From positions 37,814 through 101,813 of the forward strand of contig SVLM01000004.1 of the NCBI GenBank assembly GCA_015067945.1: 64,000 nucleotides of DNA. The letters run 5' to 3'. The notes below the pieces were generated by a model. The model was not told the DNA's origin, made no database searches, and was given only the letters and a program-made list of their open reading frames with translations. Position 1 is the first letter of the stretch, and each line of letters starts with the position of its first letter. The translations under genes were made by a program, and so were the position numbers. The stretch comes from Oscillospiraceae bacterium (lineage in GTDB: Bacteria > Bacillota > Clostridia > Oscillospirales > Oscillospiraceae). This document shows, piece by piece, positions 47,279 to 57,112 of this stretch.

Positions 47279-48319
47279 TTATACATCCAGATAACCGGCC
47301 AGGACTTTCAGCGTATTATACACACCGTCGATATGGCTACGCTCGTAGCCGTGGCTGGCATAGACACCGGCACCGATCAGCCCGTGGCGGATATCCACGC
47401 CGCTTCGGAGCGTTGCTTCCACATCGGATCCATAGTAAGGATACACATCCACTGCATAGTCGGCTTCTGTCTTCTTGGCAGCTTCAATGAGCTTTCCCAC
47501 GACCTCATAGCTGTAAGGGCCGCCGGAATCCTTGGCACAGATAGACACCTGCTTTTCGGTGCAGCTCAGGCCTGCACCCACGCAGCCCATATCCACGGAA
47601 ATGGCTTCGGTAACGCCCGCAGGCACGGATGCACTGCCGCCGTGGCCCACTTCCTCATAGACAGTCACATGGACCCAGGTGCGGCGTTTGGGGGTAATGG
47701 AATTGTCGGCCAAATATTTGGCAAAGCTCAGCAGGATGCCCACAGACAGCTTATCGTCCAGAAAACGGCTCTTGAGGTAACCGGAGGCGGTGCGGCGGGT
47801 ACGGGGTTCAAAGCACACGATATCCCCTACCTCAACGCCCAGAGCACGGGTATCAGCGGCAGAATTGACATCCTCATCGAGCACCACTTCCATGGTGTCG
47901 AAGCTGCGTTTTGCAGTGCTGTAGTCCCCGTTGACATGGACGGAGGCATTGCACAGCTGGAAGGTGCCGTCCAGCACCTTGCCGAAGCGGGTGTAGACCC
48001 AAACATTTTCCGCTTCGCCGTTGTTGGGATTCATGCCGCCCAAAGCGGTCAGCCGTAAGCGGCCGTTGCCCTTCACTTCGGCCACCATGCCACCCAAAGT
48101 ATCCGCGTGGGCCTCCAGCAGCAGACCGTCGTTTTCATCCTCGCCGCCCAGATCCACCAGCACGCCGCCCTTAGCGGTAATGATAGAAGTAAAGCCCAGT
48201 TTTTCAAAATTCTCCTTGACCCAGGCCGCTGCCCGGGCAGTATAGCCGGAGGGAGAGTCGATGCTCAGCAGGGTTTCGGTTTTCTCCCAGGCAAATTCTG
48301 CGTAACGTTTTTCGATCAT
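47279..48319 (-). CDS. M42-family aminopeptidase
   Basis: SPSG, AHADTLG, SRFLDDK, EEVGHG, VDMG, SHGYER. Confidence 0.92.
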   Translation of the reverse strand: MIEKRYAEFAWEKTETLLSIDSPSGYTARAAAWVKENFEKLGFTSIITAKGGVLVDLGGEDENDGLLLEAHADTLGGMVAEVKGNGRLRLTALGGMNPNNGEAENVWVYTRFGKVLDGTFQLCNASVHVNGDYSTAKRSFDTMEVVLDEDVNSAADTRALGVEVGDIVCFEPRTRRTASGYLKSRFLDDKLSVGILLSFAKYLADNSITPKRRTWVHVTVYEEVGHGGSASVPAGVTEAISVDMGCVGAGLSCTEKQVSICAKDSGGPYSYEVVGKLIEAAKKTEADYAVDVYPYYGSDVEATLRSGVDIRHGLIGAGVYASHGYERSHIDGVYNTLKVLAGYLDV

Positions 48320-48402
48320 AATGGTTGCCTCCTTGGTTTTTTCTTGATTATAGCATACCTACACAAAGAAAACAAGCCGCCCGGATGGGCGGCTTGACTG
48401 AT

Positions 48403-49575
48403 TTAGAACAGAACACCTTGATCCTTTAGGGTTTCCTGCAGCCGGGAAAGATCCACAGAAGCAAATTTCTTTCCGGATTTTAAAGCAATGGCAGCAGCCG
48501 TGCCGGCAGCCTGACCGGTCAGTGCACAAACGGGAATCACTCGAGCGATCTCCCAACCCTCGCCATCAGCGGAAACGACTCGGCCGGCTGTGATCAAATT
48601 GCTGACCTGCCGGTTGTACAGGCAGCGGTACGGCATATGGAACACCGGCCCGCGATTGCGGAAATCGCCAAAAGTGCCGATACTGTCCTCGCAACTACCC
48701 TCCTCGCCAAGAAAGGTAGCTTCACCGATCAGGCAACGGATTTTCCGGTATTGGGGCATGGTAGGAATTGCGGTCAGCTCCCGATCGTTCTTGGGCTGAT
48801 CCTTGATATAGTCAAAGACGGCCTGCTTGCCCCAGGCAATGAAGGCATTTTCCGAATCGGAGTCATACTCCGTCAGCAGCGGGTGTCCCTCCGGGTGGCC
48901 CTCACCCGATGCGACAGCACCTCGCTGAATCCACTTCCGCAGGACATTTTCATCATCGCTCTTCATATCCTCCCTGGTCACCCAATGGGCAACATAGGAA
49001 AGGTAGTTGGTGCCCATTCGGGTGGGCAAACCAGCCCCGACGCAGACAGAAGCATCACCAGTGGCATCCACCACATATTTGCAGCCGTAGAATTCCTTGC
49101 CGGACACCGTTTCTGCCACAACACCGGCAACCCTACCGTTTTCCATAACCGGATAGGTGGCCAAAGTATCAAAACGGATGGTAACACCGCTTTCCTTGAC
49201 CCAGGCATCCAACGCCAGAGAAAAGACTGTGGGAGAATACTTGGTAGCAAACCGATCATAACGGCAGCGGTTGCGACCCTCCCCACCCCATTTGGCTGGA
49301 AGGTTCTCCATGCCGTAACGAATGGACAGTCGCAGCAGCTCCTCACCGATACCGCCGATTACCTGCTGGCCCTTGCCGTCACACAGAGGTTCGTACCAAT
49401 TGATAAGGCCAACCGTCGCCAAACCGCCCAGATTGATCTGCTTTTCCAGCAGGATCACCTTGGCACCGTTACGAGCAGCTGAAACTGCGGCAGCTACGCC
49501 GCCAATACCGCCGCCCACCACGATCACATCGTAGTCGCCTTTGGCTATGACTTCTCGTGGGTCACAGTAATTCAT
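48403..49575 (-). CDS. FAD-dependent oxidoreductase
   Basis: DVIVVGGGIGG..AA, VDATGDA, PYRCL, NLITAGR..S, GQAAG.AA. Confidence 0.88.
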   Translation of the reverse strand: MNYCDPREVIAKGDYDVIVVGGGIGGVAAAVSAARNGAKVILLEKQINLGGLATVGLINWYEPLCDGKGQQVIGGIGEELLRLSIRYGMENLPAKWGGEGRNRCRYDRFATKYSPTVFSLALDAWVKESGVTIRFDTLATYPVMENGRVAGVVAETVSGKEFYGCKYVVDATGDASVCVGAGLPTRMGTNYLSYVAHWVTREDMKSDDENVLRKWIQRGAVASGEGHPEGHPLLTEYDSDSENAFIAWGKQAVFDYIKDQPKNDRELTAIPTMPQYRKIRCLIGEATFLGEEGSCEDSIGTFGDFRNRGPVFHMPYRCLYNRQVSNLITAGRVVSADGEGWEIARVIPVCALTGQAAGTAAAIALKSGKKFASVDLSRLQETLKDQGVLF

Positions 49576-49581
49576 AAAAGC

Positions 49582-51378
49582 TTACACTTCCTTGCTCTTG
49601 GTAGCGATCTCCATCAGGCACTTGGCGGTAAATTCGTCGGGAGTCATGGCACCTAAGTCCTCACCCTTGCGGGTACGGACGGAGACAGTGCCGTTTTCCA
49701 TATCCCGGTCACCGATGACCAGCATATAGGGAATCTTCTGCAGCTGTGCTTCACGGATCTTATAACCCAGCTTTTCGCTGCGGCAATCGGTCTCGGCGTG
49801 GATGTTCATAGCATTCAGCTTTTCTGCCAGCTCTTTACCGTACTCGTGGGCACGGTCGGTGATGGGCAGGATCTTGACCTGGGTAGGCATCATCCACAGA
49901 GGCAGTGCACCGGCGTAACGCTCGATGAGGTAGGCCAAAGTACGCTCGTAGCAGCCCAGGCTGGTACGGTGAATGATATAGGGGGTCTTCTTCTGACCGT
50001 CGGCATCCACATATTCCATGCCGAACTTCTGTGCCAGCAGCATATCGATCTGAATGGTAACGATAGTATCTTCCTTGCCGAAGACGTTCTTGTACTGGAT
50101 ATCCAGCTTGGGGCCGTAGAAAGCGGCTTCATCGATACCGATCTCGTACTCCACGCCCAAATTATCCAGAATATTACCCATAACACGCTGGGCTTCTTCC
50201 CACTGCTCGGCAGTACCCTCGTACTTGATGCCCGCACGGGCAGGATCCCACTGGCTGAACCGGAAGGTGCAGTTCTCCAGCATACCCACGGTATCCAAAC
50301 AATACTTTGCCAGCTCCAGGCAGCCCTTGAACTCTTCTTCCAGCTGATCGGGACGCAGCACCAGGTGGCCCTCAGAAATGGTGAACTGACGGACTCGGAT
50401 CAGGCCGTGCATCTCGCCGCTGTCCTCGTTGCGGAACAAGGTGGAGGTTTCCCCCAAACGCATGGGAAGGTCGCGGTAGGATCTTGCACGGTTCAGGTAG
50501 ACCTGATACTGGAAGGGGCAGGTCATGGGCCGGAGGGCAAAGCACTCCTTCTCCTCGTCATCGGGATCGCCCATGATAAACATACCGTCACGGTAGTGAT
50601 CCCAGTGGCCGGAGATCTTAAACAGATCACGCTTGGCCATCAGGGGGGTCTTGGTCAGCAGGTAGCCACGCTTCTGCTCTTCGTCCTCCACCCAACGCTG
50701 CAGGGTCTGGATCACTCTTGCACCCTTGGGCAGCAGGATGGGCAGGCCCTGACCGATCTCCTCCACTGTGGTGAAGAACTCCAGCTCACGGCCCAGCTTG
50801 TTGTGGTCACGCTTCAGGGCTTCTTCCTGAGCGATCAGGTAGGCGTCCAGCTCGTCCTTGCTGGGGAAGCCGATACCGTAGATCCGCTGCAGCATCTTTC
50901 GGCTGGAGTCGCCACGCCAGTAGGCACCGCAGGCCTTGGTCAGCTTGAAGCCGTTGTGGCGGACACGGCCGGTGTGATCCAGGTGAGGACCGGCACACAG
51001 GTCGGTAAATTCACCTTGGGTGTAGAAAGAAATGACGGCATCTGCAGGCAGATCCTCGATCAACTCCTTCTTATATGGCTCGTTATGAGCTTCGGCCCAT
51101 GCGATGGCCTCAGCACGGGGCAGCTCGCTGCGTTCCAAGCGGATACGCTCCTTGCAGATCTTCTTCATCTCACCCTCAATCTGGTTAAGATGCTCGGGCG
51201 TGAAGGAGAAGGGAGCGTCAAAGTCATAGTACCAGCCCTCGTCGATGGCGGGGCCGATGGCCAGCTGAACCTCCGGCCACAGACGCTTGACTGCCTGTGC
51301 CATAATGTGGCTGCAGGTATGCCAGAAGGTCTTGCGGTACTCCGGATTTTCAAAGGTGTACAGGTTTTCGTTTTCCAT
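49582..51378 (-). CDS. thrS: Threonyl-tRNA synthetase (lacking the N-terminal TGS domain)
   Basis: HTCSH, DLCAGPH, RDHNKLG, RPMTCP, FYGPKLD, KIPYML. Confidence 0.97.
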   Translation of the reverse strand: MENENLYTFENPEYRKTFWHTCSHIMAQAVKRLWPEVQLAIGPAIDEGWYYDFDAPFSFTPEHLNQIEGEMKKICKERIRLERSELPRAEAIAWAEAHNEPYKKELIEDLPADAVISFYTQGEFTDLCAGPHLDHTGRVRHNGFKLTKACGAYWRGDSSRKMLQRIYGIGFPSKDELDAYLIAQEEALKRDHNKLGRELEFFTTVEEIGQGLPILLPKGARVIQTLQRWVEDEEQKRGYLLTKTPLMAKRDLFKISGHWDHYRDGMFIMGDPDDEEKECFALRPMTCPFQYQVYLNRARSYRDLPMRLGETSTLFRNEDSGEMHGLIRVRQFTISEGHLVLRPDQLEEEFKGCLELAKYCLDTVGMLENCTFRFSQWDPARAGIKYEGTAEQWEEAQRVMGNILDNLGVEYEIGIDEAAFYGPKLDIQYKNVFGKEDTIVTIQIDMLLAQKFGMEYVDADGQKKTPYIIHRTSLGCYERTLAYLIERYAGALPLWMMPTQVKILPITDRAHEYGKELAEKLNAMNIHAETDCRSEKLGYKIREAQLQKIPYMLVIGDRDMENGTVSVRTRKGEDLGAMTPDEFTAKCLMEIATKSKEV

Positions 51379-51415
51379 AGTGTATTTCCTCCTTTATGAT
51401 GTGGGGAGAGAAGGC

Positions 51416-51578
51416 CGGCAGCTCGCAAAAGCAGATTTTCATGCGGACATCAAGGAGTTTTGACACAAATCAAGTTTTGAGCCCCGAAGGAATGCTTTGT
51501 GTATTTCAAGGGGATCAAAAAGATGAGTTGGGGCAAAAGAACTGATGCTCCGCAGAAAAGATGATTTCAGAGTTGACG
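51416..51578. repeat. Imperfect palindromic insertion of about 160 bp in the thrS leader
   Basis: CGGCAGCTC..GATTTTC at one end and GAAAAGATGATTTCAGAGTTGACG at the other; central GGAATGC..GTATTTCAAGG resembles the MITE at 20978. Confidence 0.5.
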
Positions 51579-51828
51579 AAAATAAAAAATCCCACCCCTG
51601 ACAAAATCAGGGGTGGGATACAAGTCAATCTCATATTCCACGGTTCCACCCTGGTTGCCCTGCACGCAGGGCCACTCATTGACGCTTTAACGGGCGTACC
51701 CGGCAGGCCATTTCCGGTCTGCGGCTCAGAAGTGGTATCCAATTCGGCAGGGTTACAGATGCCTTTCACCAAAGTGGCATCCTCTCTGAGAAGCTTACCG
51801 GAACGGGTGTGTCTTCGTCACAGCCTTT
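51579..51828 (-). ncRNA. T-box riboswitch (Thr)
   Basis: Specifier ACC (complement of 51734-51736); T-box AACCAGGGTGGAACCGTGG; terminator ATCCCACCCCTGA..TCAGGGGTGGGAT with U-tract. Confidence 0.92.
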
Positions 51829-51976
51829 GCTATGGAGCAAATTTAGCACAGAACCGGAAAAATGTCAATCCTTTGTGGAGGAAAAAGGCTGTTTTTTGCT
51901 CTGTGCAGCCAAAATTTATTATCTAAAAAATCAGGTTGCGTATTTTTGTACGTTATGTTAACCACCCGCCGCACCT

Positions 51977-52022
51977 ACACTATATATTGTGGTTTTCTGC
52001 AAGGTTTACCGTATATTTTGAA
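51977..52022. promoter_or_regulatory. Tandem NrdR-box-like sites
   Basis: ACACTATATATTGTG and ACCGTATATTTTGAA, 31 bp apart start to start. Confidence 0.5.
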
Positions 52023-52220
52023 TAGAAGTTTACATAAAGCAATTTACATAATTTTCAAAAAAGTTGTCGATTTACGGATTTTTAAACAAAATGCTTGACT
52101 TTTTAGGTAATAATGTTATAATACTCCAGCGCGACCATTCATATATTCATTTTGTAATCAATGATATCTCCCCTTTTGAAGGCGATATCTTGGCCATATT
52201 TTTTGAAAGGAGGACATCCT

Positions 52221-53303
52221 ATGCTGGAATGCAATCGTTCCATGCGAGACAAATTCAGGCTGATGACCAGGGTTATCGCAGTTATGCTACCCGTCATTTT
52301 GCTAACTGTGATTCTGTCTCAATCTGTGCTGGCACTGAATACTTATGTGATCAGCGACGGCGATCGGGTTATGATACATACGACCTTCGCCACCAATCCG
52401 GCAGATGTGCTCTCCGAGGCTGGTTTTGAACTGAACCCTGACGATATCTATACCACCCAAACCAGTTCCGATAAATCGGAGATCACCATTCAGCGGCTGC
52501 AAACTGTTACCATCCGCACTGCTCAGACCGAAACACAGCTAACAACCTACGGTGAGACCGTGGCTTCCATTCTCAGCCGTGCCGGCATTATTGTAACAGA
52601 GGATGACGCCATTTCCGCTTCGCCGTCCGCAATGACCTACGACGGGATGAACATCACCATCTCCCGGACACAACTGGTTGTTGAGACCTACGAGGTTGAA
52701 GTTCCCTACGAGACCACCTACTGCTATGCTCCCAATCTGCCCACCGGACAACAGGTAGTGCTGACCAAGGGTGTCAACGGCGTTGCTGAGCGAACCGCCA
52801 ACGTTCTGTACATCGACGGCATGGAGATCAGCCGCACCCCCTTGTCCGACACTGTGGTGCAGGAGCCCGTGAAGGAAGTCATCGCCATTGGCAGCAAGGA
52901 CGGTGTTTCTGCCGGAGATGCTCCGGTACATCCGGACGCTTTGCTGGGCAAGCCCATCATTGGCGACGGTGTGATCGTCACCCCCGACGGCAAGATTTTG
53001 ACCTACGGCAATTCCGGTGTTTTCTCCGCAACTGCCTACAATAACACCGATCCCGGCTGCACCATCTACACTTACATTGGCACGCTGTGCCGGGTGGGTG
53101 CCATCGCAGTTGATCCCAAGGTTATTCCCCTGGGTACCAAGATGTATATTGTTTCCAACGACGGCAGATACATCTACGGTGAAGCGGTAGCAGAGGATAC
53201 CGGCAGCTCCATTAAGGGCAATAAAATCGATCTGTACTTCGACACTGTACCGGAATGTCTGACATTCGGCATCCGTGATTGCACCGTTTATTTCCTCAAC
53301 TGA
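52221..53303 (+). CDS. YabE-like DUF348-G5-3D cell-wall protein
   Basis: N-terminal TM; G5 KGVNG..VVQEPV.EVI.IG; 3D ATAY, IAVDPKVIPLGT, AEDTG, IDLY; precedes rsmA. Confidence 0.88.
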   Translation: MLECNRSMRDKFRLMTRVIAVMLPVILLTVILSQSVLALNTYVISDGDRVMIHTTFATNPADVLSEAGFELNPDDIYTTQTSSDKSEITIQRLQTVTIRTAQTETQLTTYGETVASILSRAGIIVTEDDAISASPSAMTYDGMNITISRTQLVVETYEVEVPYETTYCYAPNLPTGQQVVLTKGVNGVAERTANVLYIDGMEISRTPLSDTVVQEPVKEVIAIGSKDGVSAGDAPVHPDALLGKPIIGDGVIVTPDGKILTYGNSGVFSATAYNNTDPGCTIYTYIGTLCRVGAIAVDPKVIPLGTKMYIVSNDGRYIYGEAVAEDTGSSIKGNKIDLYFDTVPECLTFGIRDCTVYFLN

Positions 53304-53363
53304 TTTTACAATTGCAAAACCGCCTTTCTTCTGCTATGATGGTAGGAGAAAGGCGGATTTATT

Positions 53364-54224
53364 ATGATTAATGTATGTGATATTCAAGTGATGAGGCCCT
53401 TGCTTGCCGAACACGGCTTCCACTTTTCCAAAGCAAAGGGACAAAACTTCCTCATCGCTCCCTGGGTGCCGGAATCCATTGCAGAGCAGGCCGGCGTGGA
53501 CGAAGCTGCCGGTGTGCTGGAGATCGGCCCGGGCATTGGCCCGCTGACCCAGCAGTTGTGCCTGCGGGCAAAGAAAGTCTGTGCCGTGGAAGTGGACAAC
53601 CGGCTGGAGCCTATTCTGAAGCAGACGGTAGGTGAATTTGACAATTTGGAGATCCTCTGGGGCGATGTGCTGAAACAGGATGTGCCCAAGCTGGTGGCTG
53701 AAAAATTCGGCGGTCTGCGACCCATGGCCTGTGCTAACCTGCCCTACTACATCACCTCCCCCATCCTCTCTGCTCTGCTGGAGGCGGATTGCTTTGATTC
53801 CGTCACCGTTATGGTGCAAAAGGAAGTGGCCCAGCGGATCGCCGCGGCTCCCGGAAGTGCGGATTACAGTGCATTTACGGTATTCTGTCAGTATTATGCT
53901 GAGCCGGAGCTGCTGTTTGACGTGCCGCCACACTGCTTTATGCCTCAGCCGAAGGTCATGTCCGCCGTCATCACCCTGAAGATCCGCAAAGAACGCAACT
54001 GGGATATTACCGACCCAGCGATTTTCTTCCGGCTGGTGAAGGCCAGCTTCGCCATGCGACGGAAGAAGCTGAGCAACGGTATCGCATCCGGTTTCCCGGA
54101 GCTGGGTAAGGCCGGTGCTGCAGAAGTGATTTTGGCTGCCGGATTTGATGAGAACGTCCGTGGCGAGACGCTGTCCATTCCGGAATTTGCCCGGATTGCC
54201 AATGAGATTGCAAAACGGAAATAA
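53364..54224 (+). CDS. rsmA: 16S rRNA adenine dimethyltransferase
   Basis: KAKGQNFL, LEIGPGIG.LT, ANLPYYIT, MVQKEVA.R, RRKKL. Confidence 0.96.
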   Translation: MINVCDIQVMRPLLAEHGFHFSKAKGQNFLIAPWVPESIAEQAGVDEAAGVLEIGPGIGPLTQQLCLRAKKVCAVEVDNRLEPILKQTVGEFDNLEILWGDVLKQDVPKLVAEKFGGLRPMACANLPYYITSPILSALLEADCFDSVTVMVQKEVAQRIAAAPGSADYSAFTVFCQYYAEPELLFDVPPHCFMPQPKVMSAVITLKIRKERNWDITDPAIFFRLVKASFAMRRKKLSNGIASGFPELGKAGAAEVILAAGFDENVRGETLSIPEFARIANEIAKRK

Positions 54225-54257
54225 TCATGGGGAGGGTCTTGACCCTCCCCTGCAAAA

Positions 54258-54935
54258 TTACAGTTTGACCAACACCGGCATACGAATGTGCATTTCGTTT
54301 TCCGCGACGGCACAATCCATTGCCAAAACCGTGACGCCATTGACGACAGCCTCCCGCAGTGCCGTACCGAAGGCAGGATCAGTAGAATCGTTGGGATGCA
54401 GATATTTCACATCCGGCATTTGAATGACAAACAGCACATAGGCCCCGTAGCCCTCCCGGACAGCAGCGGTCAGCCCCCGCAGGTGCTTGGCCCCCCGCTC
54501 TGTGGGTGCATCAGGAAATGCACAAACCCCATCATTTTCCAAGGTCACGCCCTTGACCTCCAGGAAGCAACGCCTGCCGTCCTTGGTGAAGGAAAAATCA
54601 AACCGGGAATCGCCATGGACAGTTTCTGCCTGCAAATCTTCAATGTATCCCAGACCGCCATCGCGAAGCCACTGCCCGGCAACAATATTGGGTGCCTGAG
54701 AGTCCATGTTGATCAGCCGATCCCCTTTTCGCACCGCGATAAGGTCATACTGAGTTTTTCGGTTGGGGTTACTGCTCTTCTGACACCAAACAACCGTCCC
54801 CGGGGTCAGCAATTCCCTGCAGCGACCGGTGTTTTTCACATGGCAGACCTCTTCGGTGCCATCTATTTCAATGTAGGCAATAAATCGGTTCGGCCGGGAG
54901 CGGAAGATCCCGGGAACCATATTTTCGTAACGCAT
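54258..54935 (-). CDS. sfsA: SfsA-family DNA/RNA nuclease
   Basis: RPNRF, HVKNTGRCRELL, SRFDF, EVKGVTL, FPDAPTERG.KHL. Confidence 0.93.
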   Translation of the reverse strand: MRYENMVPGIFRSRPNRFIAYIEIDGTEEVCHVKNTGRCRELLTPGTVVWCQKSSNPNRKTQYDLIAVRKGDRLINMDSQAPNIVAGQWLRDGGLGYIEDLQAETVHGDSRFDFSFTKDGRRCFLEVKGVTLENDGVCAFPDAPTERGAKHLRGLTAAVREGYGAYVLFVIQMPDVKYLHPNDSTDPAFGTALREAVVNGVTVLAMDCAVAENEMHIRMPVLVKL

Positions 54936-55043
54936 AGGCTCACCTCTTAGGTTTATGGTAGCAGATTTTTTCGATTTCGCAAGAGGGAGAATTTGGGGTT
55001 GACAATCCAAATATTTGTGGTATAATCTTACCTGTTCCGGTAC

Positions 55044-55120
55044 GGAGGCATAGCTCAGCTGGTTAGAGCGCATGCTTCACACGCATGAGGTCACAGGTTC
55101 GAGTCCTGTTGTCTCCACCA
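55044..55120 (+). tRNA. tRNA-Val (anticodon CAC)
   Basis: Cloverleaf GGAGGCA..CATGC-ttCACac-GCATG..GGTTCGAGTCC..TGTCTCC-ACCA; promoter TTGACA-16-TATAAT at 54999-55026. Confidence 0.97.
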
Positions 55121-55157
55121 AAAAAGATCACACCCCATCCGGGGTGTGATCTTTTTT
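55120..55157. terminator. Bidirectional terminator after the tRNA (duplicated at 60919-60956)
   Basis: AAAAAAGATCACACCCC-atcc-GGGGTGTGATCTTTTTT. Confidence 0.9.
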
Positions 55158-55388
55158 AATGGGACACGGACTCGAAAAGGGCGGCGACGGCGTAGCCGAC
55201 GCAACCAAGTGTCCGGTTGACACTTGGTTAGCCCGGGGAAGAGTCCTATTGCTATGCAGATGCAACCGGATGGTTGTAGATGCATAGCAATCTTGTTATT
55301 TCGCCCATTCCTGGGCAAAAATGCAAATCGAGAGGCTGTTGTCTCCACCAAAATCTTCTTACTGCCGAGTCCTTCGTATATTCCTATG

Positions 55389-56162
55389 TTATCTCTTACA
55401 ATGCACCTTCCGGTATTCTTGCGGTGTGCAGCCACAAACCGTTTTGAATACTCTGTTGAAATTCCGTATGCTGGTAAAGCCACATGCCTCACACACATTG
55501 GTAATTGAGTTGTTGCTGTCCGTGAGAATTGTGCAGGCGTTTTCAATCCGCAGAAGATTAATGAAACTTTTAAAGTTCAGAGAGAAAGCTTGATGAAACA
55601 GAGATGAAAAATAATGATATTCGTAATTCATAACCTTGGCAATGTCTTTTAAAGTAATGTCTTCGTTGATATTCTGGCTGACATAGGAGATTACATCGGA
55701 AACGAATTTGTTGTTTTGGCGGCAATTATGCAGAGCTGCATTTTCGCTGCACATATGGCAGATCAGGTAGAGACAGGATATACACAAAAACCTGTCAGGG
55801 GTTCCCTGAATGAACAAATGCTTTCTGAGGAAATTTGCACTCTCCGGATCGCATTTGAGTTTGGCGTATTGGGTTTGCTTGTACGTTGCGGAATAACTGG
55901 TTACAAAATCCTCGGAGAAAACACCAACCCAAACCTTGCTGCTTTCTACCCGTAGGGAATGGACGGTGTAAGGACATAGCAGTATCAATTCTCCCGTATG
56001 CAAGGTGTCTAAAACGCCGTTTACCGAAATACTTGCCGTTCCGTCCAGAACATAAATCAATTCAAAACTTTTGTGAAAGTGCGGTTCCCAGTAGCAATCA
56101 TGGTAAATATATGCATTATAGTGATAATTGCTCTGTGAATTGCCAATTTGATGCAGTATCAT
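55389..56162 (-). CDS. AraC-family transcriptional regulator
   Basis: Cupin PHFH..FELIYV..G; HTH ITLKDIA..YFSSLF, GFTSIRNFNRVFK..GCTP.EYR. Confidence 0.93.
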   Translation of the reverse strand: MILHQIGNSQSNYHYNAYIYHDCYWEPHFHKSFELIYVLDGTASISVNGVLDTLHTGELILLCPYTVHSLRVESSKVWVGVFSEDFVTSYSATYKQTQYAKLKCDPESANFLRKHLFIQGTPDRFLCISCLYLICHMCSENAALHNCRQNNKFVSDVISYVSQNINEDITLKDIAKVMNYEYHYFSSLFHQAFSLNFKSFINLLRIENACTILTDSNNSITNVCEACGFTSIRNFNRVFKTVCGCTPQEYRKVHCKR

Positions 56163-56260
56163 ATTTTCTCCCCAAATCTTAACTTTTGTCTATAAAAGTA
56201 TAACAAAATTCTTGTTTTGTCAATGGTATCAGACTAAAATAACAGTAGGGAGTGATGGTT

Positions 56261-57103
56261 ATGCAGGGTATTGTGTTCAGCATCGAAGAGTTTTCTGCTT
56301 TTGATGGTCCGGGAATCCGAACAACCGTGTTTTTGAAAGGCTGTCCTTTGCGTTGTTCTTGGTGCCATAACCCGGAAGGACAAAACAGTTATCCGGAAAT
56401 TGTAAAAAGTCCCAATGGCTGTATCGGCTGCCAGAGATGTAAAGATAGTGCCGAGATAAGGGAAGGCCAGCTCGTTTATACAGAAGAGAGTGTTCAAAAT
56501 TGCCCGATGGGGCTGCTCAGGTGGAGCGGTGAAGCAATCAGCGTACAAGCACTTTGTGAGAGGTTACTTAGAAATAAAATACTACTGCAAAATGGCGGCG
56601 TGACCTTTTCCGGTGGCGAACCGCTGCTGCAAAGTGAATTTCTGTTTGCTTGCCTGAATGAACTGAAAGGGAAGGTGCACACTGCGATTCAAACCAGTGG
56701 TTATTGCGAGCCCGCTGTATTTCAAAGAGCCGTCTCCTTGTCGAATTATATATTGTTTGATGTCAAACTGATTGACGATGATCTGCACCGGCAATATACT
56801 GGTGTATCAAACAAGACCATACGAAAGAACCTGTCTTATCTCGCGTCCCATTCCGATCGTTTTGTGGTAAGAATCCCTTTGATTCCCGGTGTGACAGACA
56901 CAGAAGAAAATATGACCGGCATTATTCAAGTGTTGAAGGAAAACGAAATCCACTATGTTGAGTTGCTGCCGTACAACGCTCTGGCGGGCGGAAAATATAA
57001 AATGCTTGGTAAGGAATACCGTCCCGGTTTTGACGAGCAGAAAGCGTTGGTTATTCCCCAAAAGCTGCTGTCGGAGAATGGGATCCAATCTCAAGTTTTA
57101 TGA
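56261..57103 (+). CDS. Glycyl-radical enzyme activating enzyme (radical SAM)
   Basis: DGPGIRTTVFLKGCPLRCSWCHNPE; ferredoxin-like CIGCQRC..CP insert; GGVTFSGGEP. Confidence 0.95.
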   Translation: MQGIVFSIEEFSAFDGPGIRTTVFLKGCPLRCSWCHNPEGQNSYPEIVKSPNGCIGCQRCKDSAEIREGQLVYTEESVQNCPMGLLRWSGEAISVQALCERLLRNKILLQNGGVTFSGGEPLLQSEFLFACLNELKGKVHTAIQTSGYCEPAVFQRAVSLSNYILFDVKLIDDDLHRQYTGVSNKTIRKNLSYLASHSDRFVVRIPLIPGVTDTEENMTGIIQVLKENEIHYVELLPYNALAGGKYKMLGKEYRPGFDEQKALVIPQKLLSENGIQSQVL

Positions 57104-57112
57104 GGTACATAT

